64,000 bases of DNA. Source: an uncultured Planctomycetia bacterium (GTDB lineage: Bacteria; Omnitrophota; Gorgyraeia; 2-02-FULL-51-18). The notes beneath the pieces were generated by a model. It was not told the DNA's origin. It made no database searches and saw only the letters and a program-made list of their open reading frames with translations. Position numbers and translations under genes: made by a program. Of the stretch, positions 1-8,371 are shown piece after piece (within the stretch, counting starts at the first letter, position 1; every line of letters begins with the position of its first letter). The DNA is taken from the NCBI GenBank assembly GCA_964628355.1, contig CAZVNB010000033.1, positions 4,965 to 68,964 on the forward strand, in the 5' to 3' direction.

Positions 1-1175
1 ATTTTATCGTCGGTACGATTGTCTGTTTGCCGGATTAGTCCTCCGATGACAAGAGTCTCGCCTTCTTTGATGCGCACCGTCGTGTCCGCTTCGCGCGTGT
101 CAATCTCGGGTCCTGCGTCGAGCGCATGGGCAAGGGATGAAACTTCCGGATGCAGACTCATCGTGATGTAGCCATCGTCGTTTATCTGAGGACTGACCTT
201 TAAAGTCGTTCCGATATCGACAAATTTGGTCGTTTCCGTAGTGCCCGAAGTTGTTTGTGTTCTTTCCTTGTAAGGGAATCGCTTTCCAATGACAATTCTG
301 GCCTCTTGGCCGTTGATAACCGCAATGGAAGGAGAAGCTAAAAGATGCGCTTTCCCGCTACGCACTAAAGCATCTATCGTGGCGGTTATAGTCATGCCTT
401 TCACAACCAACTTAGTTAAATTAAGTTGGCCTGCAGGAAGCGTCGCAGATGATGTTGGCAACCTGATACCGCCATTTAATTCTTCGGCGATGAGCGAGTT
501 GCGGCCAAACAATCCTGAGCCGGGCGCATAATCCGCATTCCAGGTCACACCCAGAGATTTCAGGTCACTTGACGAAATATCCAGGATCTTCGCTTCAATC
601 AACACCTGTTTCGGCGCCAAATCGATTTGACTTATAAGGTTCTTGATCTTATCAATGTTCTCCCGATAATCCGTGATGATAATACTGTTGGCAGTTTCGT
701 TGATTTTCATGTCCCCTTTGTTCGATAAAATTTTTCGGGTCATGTTCTGGGCTTGGGTAGCCGTCAAATATTTGAGTTGAATCACCTCGGTAAAGATATC
801 CACCAAAGAAGCATCCCCGGTGCTGATATAAATCACGCCTTCTTTTTTTGAATAATTGAGCCCGTTTGCTTTTAAAATCGCTTTCAGGGCTTTTTCGACC
901 GTGATCTCTTGCAGATTGATCGTAACTTTTCCTTTGATGTCGGGTCCGGTAAGAAGATTAAGGCGATAGGTGAGAGCTAATGATCGCAGCACATTGGCCA
1001 AATCCGCGTCTTTGTATTCAACGGTGATCGTCTGCTGCAAACGCTCTTCCATTGTGGAAATTCCGCCGGCACTGGCGCCGGGAGTCAACTGATCGACTGC
1101 CCAACCAAGGTTCAGCCCAGACAACAAAAACCCGATCAAGACACCCAATGCCACAAGCCTGCCGCTGAGATTCAT
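1..1175 (-). CDS. pilQ: Type IV pilus secretin PilQ. N-terminal ~390 aa only; the C-terminus lies beyond the window edge
   Basis: Manual reverse-complement translation from the ATG at 1173-1175: MNLSGRLVALGVLIGFLLSGLNLGW (signal/TM), then a secretin-N region, then PKQVLIEAKILD, the canonical start of the secretin domain. The start overlaps the pilO/P stop (ATGA). No stop before coordinate 1. Confidence 0.8.
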   Translation of the reverse strand, partial: MNLSGRLVALGVLIGFLLSGLNLGWAVDQLTPGASAGGISTMEERLQQTITVEYKDADLANVLRSLALTYRLNLLTGPDIKGKVTINLQEITVEKALKAILKANGLNYSKKEGVIYISTGDASLVDIFTEVIQLKYLTATQAQNMTRKILSNKGDMKINETANSIIITDYRENIDKIKNLISQIDLAPKQVLIEAKILDISSSDLKSLGVTWNADYAPGSGLFGRNSLIAEELNGGIRLPTSSATLPAGQLNLTKLVVKGMTITATIDALVRSGKAHLLASPSIAVINGQEARIVIGKRFPYKERTQTTSGTTETTKFVDIGTTLKVSPQINDDGYITMSLHPEVSSLAHALDAGPEIDTREADTTVRIKEGETLVIGGLIRQTDNRTDDK

Positions 1176-2035
1176 TTTTTAAACTCCGCTTGAGAGCCTT
1201 TCAAACTAAGCACATGATCCACGGTGCCATCGGACAAAATGACGCTATCGCTCAATATTTTTTTTACCTTATAGCCGCCTACTGTCGAATTGACTTGAAA
1301 CACGTCCCCGTTGATAATGGCGCTGGAATTTTTTAGGTCAAAGGTGATCCCTTCGAGCGAAAATTGAGATTCCGGCAGCAACTCCACCGGCCTGGCATTC
1401 GAGGCAAGAATATCGCGCTGTCCCGGTAAATTGTCCGGTGTTTGTGCTCCTTTCAGCGCGCCTCCCTCCGGATTGTCAGACAACAAACAAGACACCAGCA
1501 GTCTCACCGACGAGCCGCCAATCTCGATTTTTTTTTCTTTGGGTTCCAAAATCTCCATTTCCTCCACCCGTAAAAATGGGGAAATCGACTCAATGGCCGC
1601 AATGTATTTGATCGCATTCAAGTACGTTGAAAAAAACTTCACTTCCAAAAATATTTTGGAATAGCCCTGCTCCTTGGCGATCCGTTGTTTCACGGAATCA
1701 AGCTTGATTTCTTTTGCCAATCGCGTGAATTCGCCCACCAACTGCGCCATGTTAAACCGCGAAGGAATTTGATTTTCAAGCAATTCAATCTGATTCGACA
1801 AAAGTTTGTCCTCTTCTTCCAGGGATTGAATTTTATCAGCCACCTGTTTATCCTGCGGTTCTTTGGACATTAAACCTTTCAGTTGCGCTTGTGATTTCAG
1901 GATCTGCGCCTTGTAGGACGTGACCTTTTTCGCCACCGGTTCCCGGACAATTCTCCAATACAAACCAAAGAAAAAAACCCCGGCGAGGACCGCAAGCGCC
2001 GCTTTTTCTCTGAACTTCAGCCTGCTCCAGTCCAC
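1172..2035 (-). CDS. Type IV pilus assembly protein, PilO-like N-terminus fused to a PilP-like C-terminus
   Basis: 287-aa ORF with an N-terminal TM segment and a coiled-coil (PilO-like). The C-terminal beta-rich part (GITFDLKNSSAIINGDVFQVNSTVGGYKVKKI) is PilP-like. It sits between the pilM/N and pilQ genes. Confidence 0.6.
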   Translation of the reverse strand: MDWSRLKFREKAALAVLAGVFFFGLYWRIVREPVAKKVTSYKAQILKSQAQLKGLMSKEPQDKQVADKIQSLEEEDKLLSNQIELLENQIPSRFNMAQLVGEFTRLAKEIKLDSVKQRIAKEQGYSKIFLEVKFFSTYLNAIKYIAAIESISPFLRVEEMEILEPKEKKIEIGGSSVRLLVSCLLSDNPEGGALKGAQTPDNLPGQRDILASNARPVELLPESQFSLEGITFDLKNSSAIINGDVFQVNSTVGGYKVKKILSDSVILSDGTVDHVLSLKGSQAEFKK

Positions 2036-2036
2036 T

Positions 2037-3836
2037 TCACTTCACATTCATCATGATTTCAAAACTATATACAGCCGAGTCCACGTCTCGCTGGGTATAA
2101 TTGAAAACCACGTCGCTGAAATCATTGGGTTTTTTTAAATTTTCTAGAAAACTTACGATAAGTTCGTTTTTTGAAGTGGCGCCCACCACCGTTAATTTTT
2201 TATCAGCGTATGAAAGCTTCGTCACCCAGATTTCCTCGGGCATCAGCGAAGCAAGTTTTGACAAAATCTTCGAAAAATCCCTGTCCTCGCGCCCGGATTG
2301 ATGAAAAAGAGACAGCTTTTCATCTAGAGAATTTTTTTTCTCAAGAAGTACTTTTTCTTTTGCGGCTAATTCCATCTGGCTGGACTGACGACGTGTAAGT
2401 TCCAAACGTGCGTTCTTTACTTGTTGGTTTAACGAATCCGCCTGCTTTTTGTAATAAAATACGTCCCATAGTTGTGGTACTACCAACGCCAAGGCCGCCA
2501 AACTGACGGCAACACCCACCCAATACACATTAATTTTTGGAAGATTTATCCGAGTGGCGGAAGTTTTTTTCTTTTCAACGGCAATTAGATTGACCACGCG
2601 TTCCTTGTCGATAAGTGGCGTCAAAGCCAAGCCGATCGCGGAAGCAAAAATCATAGCATCTTCGGCGATATTTTTTCGCTGGTTTTTAAGCACCTCCTGA
2701 ATGCGCAAGGTCGCAAACGGTTCCACCCTTTCCACAGGTACCGCCAGACGATCGCTCAGAAAATTTTCCAAGCGTTTTAAACTTGCGGAACCTCCGGAAA
2801 GAACGACACGGTCAAATTTCGGAATCTGGGATTGCGTCACTTGGTAAGAAAAATATTTGAAAGAATGCTCGATATCGACCACTAGATTCTCTAACATCGA
2901 AATAAGCGCGTAACAAACTCCGATGGCCGGGTTTTTGGTTTTTTGCTCTTCAGACGGCACGTTCGCTTGAAGTTCGGGCGTCCAAAATTCTAGACCGTAT
3001 TTCCTTTTTAAAGCCTCAGCTTCCTCTTCTTGTACCTGACAGGCTTGCGCGATTTGTTTGGTGAGCAATTTTCCGGTCACAGAAAGATTTCTCATAAAAT
3101 ATACGATACCGCCCTTTTCGACGATAAATACGCTTTCCTCCGCCCCAAGATCCAGCCACAAAACGACCTCATCGGAGTTGCGCGGCACTGTGCCGAATCT
3201 TCGCACATTGACAAGCCCCAACGGCGACACATGCACAGAAATAGGTTTTAAACCGACTTCGTTTAGCGCGACGCTTTTTTGCGTCAGGTTATCCATGGAT
3301 ACACAAACAACTGTCACGCGCTGTTGGCCGCCCATGGGCGCTTGGGCAGCCGGTCCCTCCCAACGAAAAAGCGCATACTTAACCTTGTCTTCATCTAAAT
3401 CAAACGGCCGTAGCTGCCGGATTTTCCAACGGACGGCTTCCCTCAAATCTTCTTCCGACATGGGAGGAAACGTGAAATTGTAAGTCTGGGTTTCCTTGGC
3501 CGGAAGACCCATGATGACGTTCGGGCCCACCGGATTACGGCTTAAAATTTTCTCTAACGCCTGTTTGGTCTGACCCGGCTCCTCGTCCATCAAAACAACC
3601 TCGAAAAACCCGTTGGCGTCCTGGGCTAGTTGCACGAGTTTGATGCGGGTGCTTCCAAAATCAATCGCCACGGGAAGTCGCCGCGAACGCGATTGGTTTT
3701 CTACTACTTTGGCGGGTTTTGTTTTGGCTTTTTTAGGATTTTTATAATGAGTAAAAAGTGGTGAAACACGTTCCTGTCGAGCCGCCGAGCGCTCGAAAAC
3801 TTTTTTAACGATATTATCTTGTTTTTTTTCGCTCAT
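2037..3836 (-). CDS. pilM: Type IV pilus assembly PilM (actin-like ATPase) fused to PilN
   Basis: 599 aa. N-terminal AIDFGSTRIKLVQL with an actin/FtsA-like fold typical of PilM. The C-terminal ~170 aa has a TM segment (VYWVGVAVSLAALALVV) plus a coiled-coil, typical of PilN. Confidence 0.75.
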   Translation of the reverse strand: MSEKKQDNIVKKVFERSAARQERVSPLFTHYKNPKKAKTKPAKVVENQSRSRRLPVAIDFGSTRIKLVQLAQDANGFFEVVLMDEEPGQTKQALEKILSRNPVGPNVIMGLPAKETQTYNFTFPPMSEEDLREAVRWKIRQLRPFDLDEDKVKYALFRWEGPAAQAPMGGQQRVTVVCVSMDNLTQKSVALNEVGLKPISVHVSPLGLVNVRRFGTVPRNSDEVVLWLDLGAEESVFIVEKGGIVYFMRNLSVTGKLLTKQIAQACQVQEEEAEALKRKYGLEFWTPELQANVPSEEQKTKNPAIGVCYALISMLENLVVDIEHSFKYFSYQVTQSQIPKFDRVVLSGGSASLKRLENFLSDRLAVPVERVEPFATLRIQEVLKNQRKNIAEDAMIFASAIGLALTPLIDKERVVNLIAVEKKKTSATRINLPKINVYWVGVAVSLAALALVVPQLWDVFYYKKQADSLNQQVKNARLELTRRQSSQMELAAKEKVLLEKKNSLDEKLSLFHQSGREDRDFSKILSKLASLMPEEIWVTKLSYADKKLTVVGATSKNELIVSFLENLKKPNDFSDVVFNYTQRDVDSAVYSFEIMMNVK

Positions 3837-4798
3837 TCCTTGATCTTACTTTCTTGGCCTAGAGCTTCCTCAATTCTCGACAAACTCGCGGACGGCTTTG
3901 TCAGCCGAATCACTTCGTCCACCAGCTGCCTATAGTCTTTGGCGCCGTTGCAATAGGGATTGAAATCAAAAATACACTGACCATGAGAAGAGGATTCCGC
4001 CAACGTGATATTCATCCGGATCACGGTTTGAAGCATTTTTTCTTTGAAATAGTCTTTAAGCTGATCCAACATCTCGCGGGTCAATTTCTTCCGCATGTCC
4101 ACGATGCATGGAAGAATGCCGAGAATTTCCAGTTCCGAATTAATGCGGTCTCGAACAACCTTGAGCGTCGAAAAAAGTTCCTTCATTCCTTCTAATGAAA
4201 AATAATGAGCTTGAATCGGCACCAGCACGCATTGAGCGGCCACCAGCCCGTTGATAGTCAAAAGATTCAATGAGGGCGAGCAATCCATTAAAATATAATC
4301 GTAAAAGCGAATATGGGCATTGAGCATTTTCCAAACACTGGTGCGAAGAAGCCTCTCACGGCCGAGAAGATCGGCAATCTCCAGCTGCGCTCCGGTCAAC
4401 AACGAGGAAGCAGGCGCAATATCTAAATTTTTGACGTAGGTCGGTACAATCGCTTGCTCGAGGTCCAGATTATTCACCATCACGTCATAAATTGAAGAAG
4501 AAAATTGATCCACATTGACGTTTAGACCCAAGGAAGCATTCGACTGCGGATCAAGATCGATGATGAGTACCTTGAAATTCTTGCGAGCCAAACCTGAGGC
4601 TAGATTAATGCAAGTGGTGGTTTTTCCAACCCCTCCTTTTTGATTCACGATGGCAACGATCGTCGTCTTATTCGCGGGCTTATCGTTGAGAATATCGGCT
4701 GATAGTTGGCGACCGTTCAAGCGATAGCTTTCCAGTGAATTTCGCGTGAAGAAAGCTTTTAAATCCTCAAACATGTTAGATCCCCCAAACACGGCCAT
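3833..4798 (-). CDS. ParA/MinD-family P-loop ATPase
   Basis: Deviant Walker A KGGVGKTT, DLDPQ motif and ParA-like length (321 aa). Its start overlaps the stop of the upstream MerR gene. Confidence 0.8.
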   Translation of the reverse strand: MAVFGGSNMFEDLKAFFTRNSLESYRLNGRQLSADILNDKPANKTTIVAIVNQKGGVGKTTTCINLASGLARKNFKVLIIDLDPQSNASLGLNVNVDQFSSSIYDVMVNNLDLEQAIVPTYVKNLDIAPASSLLTGAQLEIADLLGRERLLRTSVWKMLNAHIRFYDYILMDCSPSLNLLTINGLVAAQCVLVPIQAHYFSLEGMKELFSTLKVVRDRINSELEILGILPCIVDMRKKLTREMLDQLKDYFKEKMLQTVIRMNITLAESSSHGQCIFDFNPYCNGAKDYRQLVDEVIRLTKPSASLSRIEEALGQESKIKE

Positions 4799-5037
4799 CA
4801 GATTCTGTATCCTTTGCTTTGCAAACGTTCTTGAATAATTCGGAGCGAATAACCTTCTTTTCTCATCTTCCGAATCTGATCATGCAATTCACGGACCTCA
4901 TTTTTTTCGTACAATCGCCGATTGCCACGGCGGTCTTTGATTTTAAAAAGACCGAGATTGGTGTAATAGTTCACGGTGGCGGAAGACACACCCAATAACT
5001 TCACGAGTTCCTCCAAGGTGACCAGATTCTCACTCAT
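4798..5037 (-). CDS. MerR-family transcriptional regulator (small, HspR-like size)
   Basis: HTH: LVTLEELVKLLGVSSATVNYYTNLGL. The likely start is the internal ATG at 5037 (MSENLVT) with GAGGGA 7 nt upstream; the ORF track begins at 5070. Confidence 0.75.
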   Translation of the reverse strand: MSENLVTLEELVKLLGVSSATVNYYTNLGLFKIKDRRGNRRLYEKNEVRELHDQIRKMRKEGYSLRIIQERLQSKGYRI

Positions 5038-5273
5038 AAAACATCCCTCGGCCGATAGATTTATTCCCAAACAGTAAATATTTCATATAAAAGTATTTAC
5101 ATTATATAAAGTACTTGATAACATACGCTATTAATTAATACTTTTACTTTACATTAAAATTAGATACTATTGATAAAATAATATAACTAATGGCCTTTAA
5201 GATCAACAAATAAATAAAAGGGCAGTGATATGGCTAGAGTTGATACTGGGAAAAGGCCGGCTAACCTCTGGGT

Positions 5274-5831
5274 CTATTTTAGAGGAATAGCGACTTCTTT
5301 GGACGCGATTTTTTGTATTTTGAGCATTAAAACGCCATCCCTATAAGTAGCCTTTGCCCCGTTAGGCTCAACCGCAGAGGGCAATTCGATGGATTTGTGA
5401 ATAGTTTTAGCAGGAGTTTGGTTTTTCTTCTGGGCGGAAATGTTCAATTTTTTGTTGTCCTGAATGACTATTTTAATGGAATCCCGATTAACCCCCGGTA
5501 GATTCATAGCCACGGTCATATCGCTGGCGTTTTCCTTTATGACCACGCCCGGTTCTGAATCTAAAACTGTTTCCTCGACTATTGGCTCTTCCGTTTGCCA
5601 ACTCGGCACCCCTTCCTCCTTCATCACTTTCGTGATTTCTCCTGTAATTTGCTTATACTGACTATTCAGTTGCTTTAATTTCTGCAAAAAAAGTCTATAA
5701 TCCTCTTTAACCTCTTGAGTGTTGATATTGCCTTGGTTGTTCGGGTCCGTAGCACCGCTGAACTGTGGGGTCCCAAGAGAACACGTCAATAAGACCACAA
5801 ATACAAAAAATGTCTTTAATATCTTCGACAT
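5274..5831 (-). CDS. Secreted Hsp20/alpha-crystallin-family small heat-shock protein
   Basis: Signal peptide MSKILKTFFVFVVLLTCSLG. C-terminal alpha-crystallin-like domain (MTVAMNLPGVNRDSIKIVIQDNKKLNISAQ ... ATYRDGVLMLKIQK). Confidence 0.6.
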   Translation of the reverse strand: MSKILKTFFVFVVLLTCSLGTPQFSGATDPNNQGNINTQEVKEDYRLFLQKLKQLNSQYKQITGEITKVMKEEGVPSWQTEEPIVEETVLDSEPGVVIKENASDMTVAMNLPGVNRDSIKIVIQDNKKLNISAQKKNQTPAKTIHKSIELPSAVEPNGAKATYRDGVLMLKIQKIASKEVAIPLK

Positions 5832-5842
5832 GGCGGCTCCTG

Positions 5843-6424
5843 CTAGACCTTCAATTCCCGACTACCCGGCTTTATAAGAGGAATTTTTCTCTCTCGACAT
5901 AACGGGCATTCGGAAGGACGATAGGTCTTGATGTGAATCTTAAGAAGCGGGTGAAAATCCTGGGAAAAGATGGCAGCGCCATTGCTTCGGTCCACCAAAG
6001 ACGCAACCGCCTCGATCTTGGCTCCCAACCCTTCGGCCAAATCGATGACTTCATAAATGGACTTCCCGGTCGTCACTACATCTTCCACCACCAGCAATTT
6101 TTCGTTTTTTTTGAGGCTGAAGCCGCGGCGCAGCACAAACGAACCATCCACACGCTCCGCAAATAGTGATTTCGCCTTGAGAGCGCGACCCATTTCATAA
6201 GAAACAACCATGCCCCCCAGCGCCGGACCAATCACGGTATCGATTTGGTGACCTTTGAGTTTCTTGGTCAGCGCCTTGCATAGCTTCTGAGCAACCCAAG
6301 GCTTTTGAAGCACCAGCGCGCACTGCATGTAATTGGGACTGTGAAGGCCACTGGAAAGAAGAAAATGACCTGTCAGGTACGCATTTTCTTTCTTAAATAT
6401 TTTTAAGATGTCGTTTTCGTTCAT
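5843..6424 (-). CDS. pyrE: Orotate phosphoribosyltransferase
   Basis: 193 aa; GHFLLSSGLHSPNYMQCALVLQ and the PRPP-binding LLVVEDVVTTGKS motif. Confidence 0.85.
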   Translation of the reverse strand: MNENDILKIFKKENAYLTGHFLLSSGLHSPNYMQCALVLQKPWVAQKLCKALTKKLKGHQIDTVIGPALGGMVVSYEMGRALKAKSLFAERVDGSFVLRRGFSLKKNEKLLVVEDVVTTGKSIYEVIDLAEGLGAKIEAVASLVDRSNGAAIFSQDFHPLLKIHIKTYRPSECPLCRERKIPLIKPGSRELKV

Positions 6425-6463
6425 GACGGCACATGCATAAGGGGCTTTTTTATAATTATTTCC

Positions 6464-7399
6464 TTAAACTTGTTCAACTAATCCCAATCTCTCGGATGGG
6501 ACATGTAATCTTACTTGCTGAGAAATAATTCCAAAATTTCTTAAAGAAATGTTCACTGCTATCCTCTTAGCTTCCTTCCGAATACGATTTGAGGCTGTTG
6601 AGCAATATTCCTTATTGTTATCCACTAAAATTGAATTTCGGCCAAGCTGTAAAGCTGCAATGGCTGTTTGCCCGGACCCGCCAAATGGATCAAGAACTAA
6701 ACCACCCTTAGAAGTCAGCAACCTAATAAAGAAAGATGGCAGCCCTATAGGATAAACGGCTGGATGACCAAAATTTTTTCCCACCAGCGGTAAACTCAAA
6801 ATATTAGACGGTAATACCTTTTTTTTACCTACCCACTTCCTTAAATCTCTGCCAAAGCCACTATTGTTTTCAGAATTATGCCGTATCGCCGATTTGCCGT
6901 TCAAATTTGCCAAACGAACATCCGCCCATCTTCCCATAGGAACTTTAACAGCGCTTTGATTCATGTAAGGAGAATTACATTTTGCCAAATGGAAGCAATA
7001 TTCCCACCCGTCCCGAAGTCTTGTAGGCCAAAAACCCGGCATAGGGTTGGTTTTATGCCATATATAATCATCAATAGCATACCAACCTAACTCAGAAAGT
7101 CTCTGTATCGTTTTCCAAACATAACGATGCCTTACTCCGTTTACAACCTTATCTTTAATATTTATAACAAGGCTACCTTTTGGTTTCAAAATATCGTAAA
7201 AAGCTTGATGAAAACTAGAAAACCAATCCACAAAAACATCGGGAGGGATACTGTCGTAATGTTTTTTTCTAGCATCAGCATACGGAGGAGATGTTACTAT
7301 CAAATCGGCTATTTGACCCAGAGGAGGCAAAACGCTTCTACTATCACCATAAATTATCTGATAGTTTAAAACCTTACCTTTAGATTTTTTCTTATCCAC
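6464..7399 (-). CDS. DNA methyltransferase, beta-class amino-MTase (N6-adenine or N4-cytosine) of a type II R-M system
   Basis: Motif IV SPPY near the N-terminus and motif I DPFGGSGQT near the C-terminus (beta-class order). The local GC is markedly lower than in flanking core genes. Confidence 0.8.
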   Translation of the reverse strand: MDKKKSKGKVLNYQIIYGDSRSVLPPLGQIADLIVTSPPYADARKKHYDSIPPDVFVDWFSSFHQAFYDILKPKGSLVINIKDKVVNGVRHRYVWKTIQRLSELGWYAIDDYIWHKTNPMPGFWPTRLRDGWEYCFHLAKCNSPYMNQSAVKVPMGRWADVRLANLNGKSAIRHNSENNSGFGRDLRKWVGKKKVLPSNILSLPLVGKNFGHPAVYPIGLPSFFIRLLTSKGGLVLDPFGGSGQTAIAALQLGRNSILVDNNKEYCSTASNRIRKEAKRIAVNISLRNFGIISQQVRLHVPSERLGLVEQV

Positions 7400-7413
7400 T
7401 TTTCTTTCTCTGT

Positions 7414-8199
7414 TTATTTTTCTGTTATAAATTTAACAAATTTTGTTTGATCCAATTTCCCGTGGGTATCAACAAGCCCCATCTTAACGAATTCTTCTTT
7501 TAGTAAAAGGGCGCATTCTTTTTTATGTTCAATAGTATAAAATGGAAAAAAATTTCCTACTCTTGTTATTGCGAATTTATAAATATCAACCGGAGGCCTA
7601 CCGCAAATAAAAGGAAATATAAACCCAGGTTCCCATGATTCGCAATTATCAGAAAATGGATAACCTTCGTTATTGCATCGCACACTCCGACTATCTTCAT
7701 AGCTCCTAATAACACCGCCAGGTGGGGTTGCTTTTTCGGCTTTTGCCAAGCCCTCTAACCTCCGAATAACCCCTGGAACGTCTTGTCCGCCAACGGTATC
7801 TGACGATTTCTTGACAGAGGTGTAAATGCGAACGCCAGGTTTAAATCCAGGAGTTTTAATTTCAGCTACAACATCGCCTTCACGCGCCCCGTCCCAAACA
7901 GCTTCGATATTGCATTTCTTGCCTTTTAAAGATTTTCTCATCAATTCAACCGTTAAATACTGGTAGAAAACACCCATGTTCATTCTCTGTCTTTGCATTT
8001 CATAAGGAATTGCATCTAATTCAAAAATTTCTTCGACATTGCATTGCGAATAAAAATATACTCCTAAAATTGGGTCCGTTCTCTTTTTTAAATGTTTTAT
8101 GCATAACTTAACCAATTCGTGAGGATTTTTGGTAACTTTTCTGATACTTCCAACTCGATCTCTGCACGTTCTGTCAAAAGCGGCATCAATCGCTTTCAT
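7414..8199 (-). CDS. Candidate restriction endonuclease (PD-(D/E)xK) paired with the upstream methyltransferase
   Basis: Immediately 5' of and co-directional with the MTase; AT-rich like the MTase. WDGAREGDVVAEIK fits a PD...ExK nuclease core. The listed ORF extends to 8322, but its 5' extension is GC-rich flank, so the likely start is MKAIDAAF at 8199. Confidence 0.5.
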   Translation of the reverse strand: MKAIDAAFDRTCRDRVGSIRKVTKNPHELVKLCIKHLKKRTDPILGVYFYSQCNVEEIFELDAIPYEMQRQRMNMGVFYQYLTVELMRKSLKGKKCNIEAVWDGAREGDVVAEIKTPGFKPGVRIYTSVKKSSDTVGGQDVPGVIRRLEGLAKAEKATPPGGVIRSYEDSRSVRCNNEGYPFSDNCESWEPGFIFPFICGRPPVDIYKFAITRVGNFFPFYTIEHKKECALLLKEEFVKMGLVDTHGKLDQTKFVKFITEK

Positions 8200-8371
8200 T
8201 ATTATTTGGTCCGGTAAGGGGGGTTTATGAGGCGGGAATAGTGCATGAGCCGCTAGCAAACTGCCTGCCTGTCTTGGATAAGGTTGGCGATGCGATTGTA
8301 CCCCGCGAGGTGTCATCACCATGCAATATATAACTTTAAAATTAGATAATCAAACTTAATTTCTATTAAAT

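Noticed and set aside
289-531. Plus-strand 80-aa ORF at the window start
   Set aside because: It lies inside the pilQ secretin coding region on the opposite strand.
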